Shown here piece by piece: positions 26,614 to 37,193 of a stretch of 37,558 bases of DNA. Where the stretch lies: IMG/VR virus record IMGVR_UViG_2698536484_000025. One strand, written 5' to 3'. The notes under the pieces were generated by a model. The model was not told the DNA's origin, searched no databases, and saw only the letters and a program-made list of their open reading frames with translations. The stretch's first letter is position 1. Every line of letters starts with the position of its first letter. The position numbers and the translations under genes are program-made. The DNA comes from a virus. Its lineage: Duplodnaviria; Heunggongvirae; Uroviricota; Caudoviricetes.

Positions 26614-29600
26614 ATGGAAAGAAAAAACGCCAACATTGACGATGTTATAAGGACAGTTGAAACCGCCAGCGCAAAAGAGCTGGAAGAGCTTGCAGGTATC
26701 CGGGAAGCTGTTGAAGATTTGAAAGGGGGACACGTTGCTACAGTTGATCCTGTCTCTCGCAGTGTGTCGGCATTAAATCGCACAATCGAAAATTCCCGGC
26801 CTGACTTTGTGGCCAAAGCGCCATCCGTAGACCCTATTGTTGACGCAATGAAACGGCTTAATTTAGGGGACGTTTCTCGTGTAGTTCAGGAAGATGTTGC
26901 TCAACAGGAACAGCGGGCCAAATCAACCACACCAAAGGGTAAAAAACGACGCAGGAAGGTTATACCAGAGGATGTAAAGGCACAACGGACCGAAGCAGCC
27001 GAACACGCTCGCGAAATGTTCGGTCAAAAAGTCGGTGCGCAAAAAAGCCAAAACCAACGCGATGCGCGTGGTCGTTTTATTGGAAAGTCAGGGAGTAAGG
27101 CCGCAGCGGAAGATGCACGTGCTGAACGAGCAGAAAAGGCCAGGCGCAAAGAGGATGATGAGCGTCTAAATGCTGAATCAGGTTTATTAAAAAAACTGTC
27201 AAAAGTAGCTGAAGGCATAGGTAACCCTTCAGAGACTCGTGCCGTCGATGCGTTAGGTTATGCCGTTGCTGGCCCATTGTGGGCAGCAGGGAAGGAGCTT
27301 GGCGGGATATCAAAAGAAGTTGGTGGATCGCTTAATGGTGCCAGAAAGTCTATTGCCGATGTGATTCGTGGCAATGACGATAACAGCCGTAGAAAAGGTT
27401 TTTTTAGGCGTAAATCGCAAAATAGTGCCGATGTCGTTCAGGTTAACACCCAAAAACGGACGGTTCAGGAACTTCAGGAGCAGACCAGCGAAATTAAAGA
27501 GGGCAATGACAAGATTCTCAGCGCCCTTGATCAGATAGCCAAAAACACCGGGAAAAAGAAGGGCGGCTTGCTGTCTAAACTATTTAGCCTGTTAGGGAAG
27601 GGGGCCGGTGGCGTCGCGTCGTTGTTAATGGGGCGTGGCATGCTGAAAAAAGCTGGAGCACTCGCTTTTGGCGCTCTGGGGGCAAAGAGACTCGTAGGAA
27701 TGCTACGCGGTGGGGGCAAGAAGACTCTCGCCCATGAAGGCGGAGATTTGGCTGCCCGGGCAGCAGGTAAACTTGGATTAAAGGCAGTTGGTAAAGGGGC
27801 GTTACGCGCAATTCCCCTAGTCGGCACAGTGGCTGGAGGTATTTATGATGCGGTAACCGGTTGGAATGATACAGAAGCGCAACGTCGAGCGTTTGGGCTT
27901 AAATCAGGACAAGATCCATCATTCCAGCAAAAAGCCGCTTATACGTTAGCCAATGTTCTTGATTTGGGGGGACTGGTATCTGGTATTAGCAGTGCTATTG
28001 GTGATGTTCTCAAATCACTTGGATTTGAGGATATCGGCAATATGTTGCAATCATTTTCGACGGAAAGTATTGCCCAGGCCATTGATAGCGGGGTTACCAA
28101 CTTAGAAACATATATTTCTAACCTTGGCGACACCATTTCTACCAAGTTCGATGATTACACAGCAAAGATTGGTGATGCTGTTTCAGCATGGTTTAGCGAT
28201 ACATCTAATAAGTTGCTTGAAAAGCTGGATGCCATCAAAGACTTCTTTACTGTCGATAACCTGAAACAGGTTTTCAGTGATGCAATTGATAGTGCAATTG
28301 ACTTCATTAAGAACCCAGGGAAACACATTAAAGAGGCGGCTGGTAATATTTGGGATGGGGTTAAAAATTTACCCGGTAAAGCATTAGATGCAGCGGTTGA
28401 TGCCGTTAAAAATACCCCTGCGGCAATGATTGTATCAAAAATACCCAATCCGATCGGCGAGGCTAATGCAAAAGAAATCACTCCAGAGTTAAAAGCTCCG
28501 GTTAATAGCCACCAGGAGACATCTGATTCTAAAACTGAATCCGATGCTAAACAGACTAATATTGCTACCCGCGTGATAAATGCGGCACTGGACACGGCGA
28601 AAGATAGCAATAAAACAGTTAAAGAAACTGCCAATCAGATTATCAATGCAAATGCCGTAGAAACGGGCAATAGCGCGGTGCGGAAAATTGATTCAGCTAT
28701 TGGACAAAATAGCTCGTCATCATCGTCGCGTAATACCACCGGCACTGGGAATGACATTCAGAAAGCTGCTGATACCTACAATAATGGCAACTTAGATGTA
28801 AAAGTCGGAAGCCTTGGCGCTGAAGGTAAGGCAAATCTCGATAAGTTAGCTCCGTATTTTGCTGAACTAGAGAATAAATATGGTCTTCCTGAAGGCACTC
28901 TTTACGCGATTGCTGCAACTGAATCAGGAGGGGATCCTAACGCAAAGTCTCCGCTTACAAGATCACCAGATGGAAAGTTAAGTGGTGGCGCACTCGGGAT
29001 GTTCCAGTTCACGAGTATTGCTCGTAAAGAGACAGGGATATCGGAACCGGATGCATTTGATCCTGTGAAATCGGCAGAAGCTGCGGCTCTTCTCATGAGC
29101 AAGTATCTGAAGCAAGCCAATGGAGACTTAAACGAGGCCATCACTGCATATAACGCTGGGTTTGGCACTATTAATAGGTGGAAAAAAGGCACAGGTGACT
29201 TATCGAAAGAAAACCGTGAGTACGCGATCAAGGTCAATACTCATCGTGCTCGCTATTTAGGTGGTGAAATCTATACACCAGGGGCAGGAGCACAGGGGGG
29301 GGCGCAATATGGAGTGAGGGGACCACTGCCTGATAACGCCGTTATCGATCAGTCTACTGGCCTGGCGTTTACCCCTGGTGATAGCCCGTTTGAGAAGGGC
29401 GGTCTGGTAGACAAAATCGGTAATGCTGTTGGCGTTAACGATCTGGTCAACAAATTCATGAATGGTCGGGGGATGCGTCGAGAAGTCGTCCAGGGAACCC
29501 TCGAAGAACGTGCACGAGGGAAGGGGACCGCAACAGCAGCTGGCAATGTGTATGTTGATACTCCGATGCCAGTTGAAGAGGCGCGTCCGGTGGCCAGCAA

Positions 29601-30036
29601 CTCAAGTTACTTTGACCAGCTCGGCGCACAAATGGGGATTGATGGACTGTATGACAAACTCATTAATGCCCGGGGAATGCGCTCAAATAATTCTCCTCAA
29701 CCAGCCTCCACGTTCCAGGTGACGACTGCCGCCAACGATTTGCAGCAACCAACCGGTCGTATGCAGATAGACGGACAGGTTATTAGTGACCTTGGCGGCT
29801 CCGGTGCCAAGCCGACAATGCAGTTGGCTGATAATACCGTTTCACTTGATGGTGAAACGAAGCGGCTGTTTGCGCAGATGACCTCATTGCTTGCCAGGAT
29901 TGAAGAGCACACTAAAGACTCGGCGAAAGGCCAGGGAACTGTCGTAAAGGTCAGCACGCCTCAACCGGGCGTTATGCGCACGGTGCCACTGTCAATTGAT
30001 GATCCGTTGATGAATGACTACGCGAGAGTTGATTGA
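26614..30036 (+). CDS. sit: large injection/structural protein with internal lytic transglycosylase (SLT) domain
   Basis: 1140 aa; SLT motifs ATESGGDPNAKSP...GALGMFQF...AYNAG; long coiled-coil and Gly-rich regions; size matches P1 Sit. Confidence 0.85.
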   Translation: MERKNANIDDVIRTVETASAKELEELAGIREAVEDLKGGHVATVDPVSRSVSALNRTIENSRPDFVAKAPSVDPIVDAMKRLNLGDVSRVVQEDVAQQEQRAKSTTPKGKKRRRKVIPEDVKAQRTEAAEHAREMFGQKVGAQKSQNQRDARGRFIGKSGSKAAAEDARAERAEKARRKEDDERLNAESGLLKKLSKVAEGIGNPSETRAVDALGYAVAGPLWAAGKELGGISKEVGGSLNGARKSIADVIRGNDDNSRRKGFFRRKSQNSADVVQVNTQKRTVQELQEQTSEIKEGNDKILSALDQIAKNTGKKKGGLLSKLFSLLGKGAGGVASLLMGRGMLKKAGALAFGALGAKRLVGMLRGGGKKTLAHEGGDLAARAAGKLGLKAVGKGALRAIPLVGTVAGGIYDAVTGWNDTEAQRRAFGLKSGQDPSFQQKAAYTLANVLDLGGLVSGISSAIGDVLKSLGFEDIGNMLQSFSTESIAQAIDSGVTNLETYISNLGDTISTKFDDYTAKIGDAVSAWFSDTSNKLLEKLDAIKDFFTVDNLKQVFSDAIDSAIDFIKNPGKHIKEAAGNIWDGVKNLPGKALDAAVDAVKNTPAAMIVSKIPNPIGEANAKEITPELKAPVNSHQETSDSKTESDAKQTNIATRVINAALDTAKDSNKTVKETANQIINANAVETGNSAVRKIDSAIGQNSSSSSSRNTTGTGNDIQKAADTYNNGNLDVKVGSLGAEGKANLDKLAPYFAELENKYGLPEGTLYAIAATESGGDPNAKSPLTRSPDGKLSGGALGMFQFTSIARKETGISEPDAFDPVKSAEAAALLMSKYLKQANGDLNEAITAYNAGFGTINRWKKGTGDLSKENREYAIKVNTHRARYLGGEIYTPGAGAQGGAQYGVRGPLPDNAVIDQSTGLAFTPGDSPFEKGGLVDKIGNAVGVNDLVNKFMNGRGMRREVVQGTLEERARGKGTATAAGNVYVDTPMPVEEARPVASNSSYFDQLGAQMGIDGLYDKLINARGMRSNNSPQPASTFQVTTAANDLQQPTGRMQIDGQVISDLGGSGAKPTMQLADNTVSLDGETKRLFAQMTSLLARIEEHTKDSAKGQGTVVKVSTPQPGVMRTVPLSIDDPLMNDYARVD

Positions 30037-30392
30037 TGGCCAACAATAACGAAATTGATCCTTTGCTTACGCTGGAGTTATCCGGCGTAAAAACGTATGA
30101 GTCCCAGGAGGAGGCCTGGGGCGCTCGTTTATATGAGTGGCTAAACACTTATCAGGGTGAGGTATACGGAGATCCGTCATGGGGCAATGTTTTACCGCAG
30201 TTTAAACACGAACCGACCAACTTGTCGCATGTTCAAATTGCGGTTGAGGCAATGCTGTTGCAAAAACTGACGGTAGATTTACCTGACATACCGATTTCTG
30301 GCTTGTCAGTAGCCGAGGGAGATGCTTTTGATAAGTTGAAAATATCCATTCGTATCAGGGATATAACTATCACACAGGACGTGGTGCTATGA
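30033..30392 (+). CDS. small baseplate protein (gpW/gp25-like by size and position)
   Basis: 119 aa; start overlaps sit stop (ATGA); precedes a large J-like gene. Confidence 0.65.
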   Translation: MMANNNEIDPLLTLELSGVKTYESQEEAWGARLYEWLNTYQGEVYGDPSWGNVLPQFKHEPTNLSHVQIAVEAMLLQKLTVDLPDIPISGLSVAEGDAFDKLKISIRIRDITITQDVVL

Positions 30393-31822
30393 GTAAAACA
30401 ACACCTACTAAAGACAGTATTCGTGCAGAGTTTGAAGAGCTTGTCGAGAAAGATTCATTCTGGTCGAAGTTTGTCGGCTCTCAATTTGTCTCGATGCTGA
30501 CATTGTTTATTACCCAGATTGTCTACAGGTGCTTTCAGTATGCCGATGCGGCGCTGGCTGAAGGCTTTATATCGACCGCGACGCGGCGTTCTTCTATCCT
30601 GGCAGCGGCAGAAACGAATAGTTACGTTGGTACCAAGCCAACACCGTCATCGGGGATGATTGAGATCACCGTCACAAGTGAAGATGCCCCAGCGGTAATC
30701 CCCAAAAACATGCCTTTAATATCTGACGACCAGTACCCTTACATGACTATGGATGTATGCAGGTTGGTTGACGGCACCGGTACGGTAGAAGTGGCACAGT
30801 TGGAAATCCAGGAGGTGACATATACCGTTACGGCAGCCAAAGAATTTCTGGAAGTCGTGTTATCAAAGGCTCTCACTGCTGTCTGCTATAAGCTGGAAGT
30901 ATTCGTGACGACCGATGGTAAGACCACGCAGTGGTCTTCCAGCACTATGTTCCGGTTAGCCGGTAGTAAAAGCCAGGTCTACGTTGAGTTTTATAAACCA
31001 TCCGAGCAGTTGGGGGTTCGATTCGGTGATGGGCTAATTGGGCAAATACCGCCAGAAGGCTCGACCATTACACTTAAGGTATGGTGCACCAACGGAGATA
31101 TAACCTTGGTTGCTGGCCAAAATCTGACGCCTGTCGATTCTGCGGCTAATTTAGCTAATTTGATTTCAGTTAAGACAACGACACCCATAACCGCAGGTAC
31201 CGATGCCGAAACAACGGAGATCACACGTAATCGTGCACAATATTACCTTGCCTATGATGATCAGGTCGTATGGGGCGGGGACTATACGTATTTTCTGGTG
31301 CGTAACATCCCGGGACTGTCCTGGGTAAAGGCATGGGGCGAAGGCCAGCAAGAGAAATTAGATGGTGCTTATAATGTTCGGAATATCAATAAGATATTTA
31401 TTTCAGGATGGCATCCAAACAAAAGCCAGTCAGAGCTTGAAGAAATGATCCTGGCTGCCTTTAAGAAGGTGCCGAATGAGTTGAACAAGAAATTCTCGTA
31501 TAAAGAGGTCAGAAAACTACCCTTTAAGATCACCATCACCGGGCGGATATCGGCAAGCCTGACCATTGAGAACGTGACTGATGAGCTGAAGTCGGCACTG
31601 GAAACAAAATTTGGGCGTGACTCAACTTTCTTTGATCCGAACCGTGTCGGCAAGTACATCCTAATCAAGAAAAAAGACGTTTGGGCATTTATCGAAACGC
31701 TGGGTTATTTCCGCGACTTTTATCTGGAATTTGTCGAGTGGAATGAGTCCAACGGCTTTTACGATTTCGTTTATCTGGATACAGAAAACTCCACCTTTAA
31801 TATTTCGTATGAGGAGGAGTGA
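30389..31822 (+). CDS. baseplate wedge protein (gpJ/gp6-like by size and position)
   Basis: 477 aa; translationally coupled to flanking genes. Confidence 0.65.
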   Translation: MSKTTPTKDSIRAEFEELVEKDSFWSKFVGSQFVSMLTLFITQIVYRCFQYADAALAEGFISTATRRSSILAAAETNSYVGTKPTPSSGMIEITVTSEDAPAVIPKNMPLISDDQYPYMTMDVCRLVDGTGTVEVAQLEIQEVTYTVTAAKEFLEVVLSKALTAVCYKLEVFVTTDGKTTQWSSSTMFRLAGSKSQVYVEFYKPSEQLGVRFGDGLIGQIPPEGSTITLKVWCTNGDITLVAGQNLTPVDSAANLANLISVKTTTPITAGTDAETTEITRNRAQYYLAYDDQVVWGGDYTYFLVRNIPGLSWVKAWGEGQQEKLDGAYNVRNINKIFISGWHPNKSQSELEEMILAAFKKVPNELNKKFSYKEVRKLPFKITITGRISASLTIENVTDELKSALETKFGRDSTFFDPNRVGKYILIKKKDVWAFIETLGYFRDFYLEFVEWNESNGFYDFVYLDTENSTFNISYEEE

Positions 31823-32658
31823 TGCAGCGTTCCTGGTTTAATAACCGGCTTACATCAGCTAAGCAAAAGTCATTGCTCTATAAATCATTGGCTGATTTGG
31901 TTCAGTCAATGATGGACACCTTTGTTGACCCATGGTTGGAGCGAATTACCAACCGGAAGTCTATTTTCTCCATGAGCAAGGAGGACCTGGAGACCAGGAC
32001 AAATGAACTTGGCCAGTTCTTTACTATCAGAACCTCGAACTCATCTTCCGTTCCGATGTTGTTACAACAGCGGCTTGATGAGATCCACTTTAAGGGAACT
32101 GAACGTCCTATAAACCAGACAATTTACCGCGAATTTAACGGTATTTCTGTTTTATGGGATCCGATATATGCACCGGTGGACCTTGAACGTTATCCCTATG
32201 GCACAGTTCTAATACCAGAAAGCACACTGGAGACTACCGGCGGCACATTCGGCGAGATGTTTCTGACTTCCAGAGGGATGATCAGTATTCCCATAAACGA
32301 CCTGGCCAGGACAATGGGTATTACTGGCACGATAGATCAGTCCGCAATTACAGAAGAAATTCTCAGAAAGTTTAATCAGTTCGTAAAGCCTCTACTGCCA
32401 CTGCATATAGTGTTTGATGGGCTTACGCTCTATTTGTCGGTTGTTGTAAATGAACAGGCCGACATGATCACTTTGAACGAGATTTCTGATACCGAAAAAG
32501 CATTCTGCTGGTTTGAAACTTCGGATACAACTTCGCTTACTGGAGTTACGTCGATTAGCGCCCCGATCACTGCAACGCCGGGCGGCACTATTGTGAAAGC
32601 AACGCCTACGTTTGATCGCACCCGCGCAGATGATTTGCTGCTGGATAGCGATGCCTGA
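31822..32658 (+). CDS. baseplate or tail protein (gpI-like by position)
   Basis: ATG 31822 overlapping the upstream stop (TGATG) with GAGGAGGAG upstream; about 278 aa. Confidence 0.65.
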   Translation: MQRSWFNNRLTSAKQKSLLYKSLADLVQSMMDTFVDPWLERITNRKSIFSMSKEDLETRTNELGQFFTIRTSNSSSVPMLLQQRLDEIHFKGTERPINQTIYREFNGISVLWDPIYAPVDLERYPYGTVLIPESTLETTGGTFGEMFLTSRGMISIPINDLARTMGITGTIDQSAITEEILRKFNQFVKPLLPLHIVFDGLTLYLSVVVNEQADMITLNEISDTEKAFCWFETSDTTSLTGVTSISAPITATPGGTIVKATPTFDRTRADDLLLDSDA

Positions 32659-32661
32659 CAA

Positions 32662-32700
32662 TCACCCCGTCCGTAGGGCGGGGTGACAAGTTACTTCTCT
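32662..32700 (+). terminator. GC-rich hairpin followed by T-rich tract (probable terminator or attenuator)
   Basis: tcaccccgtcc-gta-gggcggggtga (10-bp stem, one mismatch) then caagttacttctctt. Confidence 0.4.
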
Positions 32701-32736
32701 TACAATGAGGCTTCACAACATTGATTAGGGAAAATC

Positions 32737-33171
32737 ATGTCTGACGTCTCAACAAACCTCTATAAGAGTCAGTTGTTGGACTATTACTATCAGCGGCGCG
32801 CTGAATCGTCCATTAACAAAGGCTCTCGATTTTTAATCAGCAAGGCCGTTTTCGGTACTAGTTCGCTGGTTACTAAGAAAGGAGATGGCACTTATGAGAT
32901 TGGAGAACTGCCAAAGGCTTTCGATCTGGCAGAACTGACCAGTCAATTTTGCACCATCAACCTCGTGCCAACCTACTCAGGTGGGATAATTACTGTCCGA
33001 ATGGACCTTGATCAAAGCCAGTTGCAGGAAGGGAAAAACTACCCATTCAACACTCTGGTTGTTCTGGATAACGAGAACAAGCCAATCGCCATTATTTGTG
33101 TCCAGGAAGACTCGCTGTATGTGGGCAAAACATATACCGCAGTTATGGCCATAAACACGACTACAGCATAA
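32737..33171 (+). CDS. R: tail fibre-associated protein (P1 R position)
   Basis: 144 aa; ATG with AGGGAAAA upstream; immediately precedes the tail fibre gene. Confidence 0.65.
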   Translation: MSDVSTNLYKSQLLDYYYQRRAESSINKGSRFLISKAVFGTSSLVTKKGDGTYEIGELPKAFDLAELTSQFCTINLVPTYSGGIITVRMDLDQSQLQEGKNYPFNTLVVLDNENKPIAIICVQEDSLYVGKTYTAVMAINTTTA

Positions 33172-33182
33172 GGATATGCTTG

Positions 33183-36101
33183 ATGAATGACGTTACAGTT
33201 GTCACATCGGTTACTTACCCATCACCCGAGTCGTTGGCTCTGGTGGCTGATGTGCAATACCACGAACCATATCTGTCAGCCGCGCTAAACCGAAAATTCA
33301 GGGGGATTGTTGACCCGGGATTTTATGCCGGTTTCTTACCTAAGCCTGGCGGTGGAATGAACCTGTTAATCACCTCAGTGGATGGTGATAAAACCGCAGG
33401 CGCGGCGTCGGTGGATATTGGTGAATTCTACCAGGTAACTATTCAGCAACGTAAGGATATTTCTCTTGCACTTAGTGCAGGCAAGAAATATGTAATTGTG
33501 CTGAAGGGAAGATATCTCCTTGGAGAAGATACCTATCAGGTGAATACCGCGTCACATATTCATGCGGCTGAATTTGTTGCCAGAACCTATACCGATTCAT
33601 ATCAGTTAGGAGATGGGGAGCTGCTTGTTTGTACGGTGAATATCCCTGCTGGTGTATCAGCCATTACCCAGGAGATGATTGATACATCCGAGCGTATTAA
33701 CCGCACGATCGGCATTGATATTTCAGACTCTGTAACCAGTAGCAGAAGTGATGTTGCTGCAAGTTCGCTGGCAGTTAAAAAAGCCTACGATCTGGCGAAA
33801 AGCAAGTATACGGCGCAGGATGCAAGCACAACGCAAAAGGGATTAGTTCAGCTCAGTAGCGAAACTAACAGCGACAGCGAAACAATGGCGGCTACCCCTA
33901 AAGCTGTTAAGTCTGTAAAAGATCTTGCTGATACCAAAGCGCCAATAGAAAGCCCGAGTCTGACAGGAACGCCAAGCGCGCCGACGGCAGCGCAAGGTAC
34001 AAACAGCACGCAGATAGCAAATACAGCCTTTGTTAAGGCAGCTATAACTGCACTTATCAACGGTGCGCCTGGCACACTGGATACGCTGAAAGAAATAGCG
34101 GCTGCGATCAATAACGACCCGAATTTCAGCACAACTATCAACAATGCTCTGGCTCTTAAAGCTCCTTTAGCAAGTCCTGCATTAACGGGAATACCTACTG
34201 CGCCTACCGCTGCACAGGGTACGAATAACACGCAGATTGCTACGACCGCTTATGTAAGAGCTGCCATATCCGCATTGGTTGGTTCATCACCAGAAGCTCT
34301 TGATACCCTGAATGAGCTTGCCGCAGCACTTGGTAATGACCCGAACTTTGCGACAACAATGACAAATGCGCTGGCAGGCAAACAGCCTCTGGATGCAACT
34401 TTAACCGCGCTTGCTGCCCTTGCGACTGGTGCAAACAAACTGCCTTATTTCACTGGTAAGGATACGGTAGCGCAGACTGATTTAACGTCAGTCGGTCGCG
34501 ATATTCTGGCCAAAACAAGCGTCCTTGCTGTTATCCAATACCTTGGTTTAAGAGAACTTGGTACCAGCGGTGAAAAGATCCCCCTGTTGAGTACGGCTAA
34601 CACATGGAGTGCGCGCCAGACTTTCAACGGCGGGATCACCGGGGCGCTGACAGGGAACGCCGACACCGCGACGAAATTAAAAACAGCCAGAAACATTAAT
34701 GGCGTCAGATTCGATGGTTCGGCTGACATTAATATCAATACTCTGGTATCGCGTGGTCGCGTAACGGCACTGGGGGCGAATGCACAGGGGACATCCGGGA
34801 TTCAGCTGTATGAGGCATACAACAATGGCTACCCTTCCCCCTATGGCAATGTGCTTCACCTTAAAGGTGCCACCGCTGCTGGCGAAGGTGAGTTATTCAT
34901 TGGCTGGAGTGGCACGAGCGGTGACCATGCGCCCGTACATATCCGTTCGCGGCGTGATACTGATTCTGCCAACTGGTCTGAATGGGCACAGGTCTATACG
35001 TCAAAAGATTCCGTTCCCGGCGTTAATGCCAAAGGGAATCAGGATACCTCTGGTAATGCGGCTACAGCGACTAAATTGCAGACAGCACGTACTATTAACG
35101 GTGTCTCGTTTGATGGTTCTAAAAACATTGAGTTAACGGCGGAAGATTTAAATCTTGAGCAAACCGTAGAATTAGCCGCTGGATCATTGCAGAAAAACCA
35201 GAACGGCGCGGATATTCCTGGAAAAGATACCTTCACTAAAAATATTGGTGCATGTCGCGCTTTTCACAGTTCTATTAGTACAGGTGCAGGGAACTGGACA
35301 ACGGCACAATTGATTGAATGGCTGGATTCTCAAGGGGCATTCAATCACCCATACTGGATGTGCAAATGTTCATGGTCATACGGCAATAATAAAATTATAA
35401 CCGATACTGGCTGTGGAACTATTCATCTTGCAGGTTGCGTTATTGAGGTTATGGGTAATAAAGGTGCCATGACCATCCGTGTAACAACGCCAAGCACTTC
35501 CACCGGTGGCGGAACCACTAATGCGCAATTTACTTATATAAACCACGGTGGAGATTACGCACCAGGCTGGCGGCGTGACTACAGTACCAAAAATCAGCAG
35601 CCTGCATTTGCTTTAGGGCAGACAGGAAGCACTGTTGGAAATGACAAAGCTGTTGGATGGAACTCAATTAGTGGCGTTTATAATGCGACTATTGGTGGAG
35701 CATCAACATTGATTCTTCACTTTAATATGAATGCGGGGAGTTGCCCTGCTGTTCAGTTCCGTGTGAATTATAAAAATGGCGGTATTTTTTATCGTTCAGC
35801 GCGAGATGGTTACGGATTCGAAGCTGACTGGTCAGAATTCTACACCACAACACGTAAGCCATCAGCGGGAGATGTTGGTGCATATACCAAAGCAGAATGT
35901 AATTCACGATTTATTACAGGTATTCGATTAGGTACAAAATCGTCAGTGCAAACATGGAATGGTCCTGGTTGGAACGATAAATCTGGTTATGTTGTTACTG
36001 CCTCAATCAACTCAAATAAGGACGAACTTATTGATACAACTCAGGCAAGACCTGTGCAGTATTGTATCAATGGCACTTGGTATAACGCGGGAAGTATTTA
36101 A
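33183..36101 (+). CDS. S: tail fibre protein S (constant part Sc, then variable part Sv inside the invertible segment)
   Basis: About 972 aa from ATG 33183; tandem Ala/Thr-rich repeats; phage tail-fibre repeat motifs ([19 protein letters not shown]; [19 protein letters not shown]); C-terminus [11 protein letters not shown] parallels the inverted Sv' C-terminus [11 protein letters not shown]. Confidence 0.85.
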   Translation: MNDVTVVTSVTYPSPESLALVADVQYHEPYLSAALNRKFRGIVDPGFYAGFLPKPGGGMNLLITSVDGDKTAGAASVDIGEFYQVTIQQRKDISLALSAGKKYVIVLKGRYLLGEDTYQVNTASHIHAAEFVARTYTDSYQLGDGELLVCTVNIPAGVSAITQEMIDTSERINRTIGIDISDSVTSSRSDVAASSLAVKKAYDLAKSKYTAQDASTTQKGLVQLSSETNSDSETMAATPKAVKSVKDLADTKAPIESPSLTGTPSAPTAAQGTNSTQIANTAFVKAAITALINGAPGTLDTLKEIAAAINNDPNFSTTINNALALKAPLASPALTGIPTAPTAAQGTNNTQIATTAYVRAAISALVGSSPEALDTLNELAAALGNDPNFATTMTNALAGKQPLDATLTALAALATGANKLPYFTGKDTVAQTDLTSVGRDILAKTSVLAVIQYLGLRELGTSGEKIPLLSTANTWSARQTFNGGITGALTGNADTATKLKTARNINGVRFDGSADININTLVSRGRVTALGANAQGTSGIQLYEAYNNGYPSPYGNVLHLKGATAAGEGELFIGWSGTSGDHAPVHIRSRRDTDSANWSEWAQVYTSKDSVPGVNAKGNQDTSGNAATATKLQTARTINGVSFDGSKNIELTAEDLNLEQTVELAAGSLQKNQNGADIPGKDTFTKNIGACRAFHSSISTGAGNWTTAQLIEWLDSQGAFNHPYWMCKCSWSYGNNKIITDTGCGTIHLAGCVIEVMGNKGAMTIRVTTPSTSTGGGTTNAQFTYINHGGDYAPGWRRDYSTKNQQPAFALGQTGSTVGNDKAVGWNSISGVYNATIGGASTLILHFNMNAGSCPAVQFRVNYKNGGIFYRSARDGYGFEADWSEFYTTTRKPSAGDVGAYTKAECNSRFITGIRLGTKSSVQTWNGPGWNDKSGYVVTASINSNKDELIDTTQARPVQYCINGTWYNAGSI
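33937..34380 (+). repeat. two tandem copies of an in-frame 222-bp (74-aa) repeat within the tail fibre gene
   Basis: [74 protein letters not shown] and [74 protein letters not shown]. Confidence 0.8.
34531..34556. other. cixL-like crossover site for a Cin/Gin/Hin-family DNA invertase
   Basis: ttatccaataccttggtttaagagaa closely resembles the 26-bp gix/hix/cix sites (TTATCCAAAACCTCGGTTTACAGGAA-type, recalled), with dyad around the central TT; lies in frame inside S. Confidence 0.6.
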
Positions 36102-36103
36102 TT

Positions 36104-36637
36104 ATGCAGCATTTGAAAAACATCAGATCCGGAAATCCAAAAACTGTTGAACAATATGAATTGACGCGACAATTCGGTGTTGTCTGGTTGTATTCTGAGG
36201 ACGATAAAAACTGGTATGAGGAACAAAAGAACTTTCAGGATGACACTATAAAAATTGCTTACACATCAGATGGAATTATTGTGGCTATAGATAAAGACGT
36301 ATCTACAATAAATCCAGAAGGTTTAAGCGTTGTTGAGGTTGCTGACATTACTGCAAATCGCCGTGCTGACATTTCGGGTAAATGGATGTTCAAAGATGGC
36401 GTAGTGATAAAGCGAACTTATACCGAGGAAGAACAGAGGCAGCAGGCAGAGAATGAAAAACAAAGCCTGTTGCAACTTGTCAGGGATAAAACCCAGCTAT
36501 GGGACTCACAGCTACGGCTGGGTATCATTTCAGACGAGAATAAACAAAAATTAATCGAGTGGATGCTCTATGCGCAGAAAGTCGAATCTACAGACACCTC
36601 CAGCCTGCCAGTAACGTTTCCCGAACAACCAGAATGA
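36104..36637 (+). CDS. U: tail fibre assembly chaperone U
   Basis: 177 aa; N-terminus [21 protein letters not shown] and C-terminal PEQPE parallel the inverted paralog U'. Confidence 0.85.
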   Translation: MQHLKNIRSGNPKTVEQYELTRQFGVVWLYSEDDKNWYEEQKNFQDDTIKIAYTSDGIIVAIDKDVSTINPEGLSVVEVADITANRRADISGKWMFKDGVVIKRTYTEEEQRQQAENEKQSLLQLVRDKTQLWDSQLRLGIISDENKQKLIEWMLYAQKVESTDTSSLPVTFPEQPE

Positions 36638-36642
36638 GAGAA

Positions 36643-36658
36643 GGCCCGCTATCGGGCC
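36643..36658. terminator. shared hairpin between convergent U and U' (bidirectional terminator)
   Basis: ggcccg-ctat-cgggcc followed by ttaatttta on the plus strand. Confidence 0.5.
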
Positions 36659-36664
36659 TTAATT

Positions 36665-37192
36665 TTACTCTGGTTTTTGTGGCCATTCTGGCTTTGCCGT
36701 ATCCACGCGGCTGACCAGAACGCTGTAGCGTTCCCAGGCTTCCAGTCGTGTACGTTCCTCATCTGTTGCCATATTCAGCCTGACAGCGCGCTCCAGTGGC
36801 TGAATAACGCTTTCCGCTTCGGAAAGTAACGCGGCCTTTTGTGATTCGGCCTGTTGTTGCTGTTCTTCTGCCGTATAAATCCGTTTAACCACAGCTCCGT
36901 CCTTAAACATCCACTTACCGGAATCATCGGCCCGACGATTGGCTGTTATATCGGGGACTTCAACAACGCTAAAGCCTTCAGGATTAAGTGTGGAGGCATC
37001 TTTAGTGATGGCTACAATAATATTATTTTCATCGTAAACAATCTTTATTGTGTCTGGCTGAAAATTCTTTACCTCTTCATACCAGTTCTTCCCGTCTTCA
37101 GAGTAAAGCCAGATAACTCCGTGCTTCTTTGTTAACTCATACTGCTCCGGTGTTTTAGCATTACCAATTTTTATGTTCTTTAAGTGGATCAT
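36665..37192 (-). CDS. alternative tail fibre assembly chaperone U' (inverted orientation)
   Basis: 175 aa; [40 protein letters not shown] is clearly paralogous to U. Confidence 0.85.
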   Translation of the reverse strand: MIHLKNIKIGNAKTPEQYELTKKHGVIWLYSEDGKNWYEEVKNFQPDTIKIVYDENNIIVAITKDASTLNPEGFSVVEVPDITANRRADDSGKWMFKDGAVVKRIYTAEEQQQQAESQKAALLSEAESVIQPLERAVRLNMATDEERTRLEAWERYSVLVSRVDTAKPEWPQKPE

Positions 37193-37193
37193 A

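Noticed and set aside
28155-28634. 159-aa minus-strand ORF inside sit
   Set aside because: Antisense to a 1140-aa gene with clear domain content; low-complexity translation.
33848-34231. 127-aa minus-strand ORF inside S
   Set aside because: Falls on the Ala-rich tandem repeat, which gives open frames on both strands by composition.
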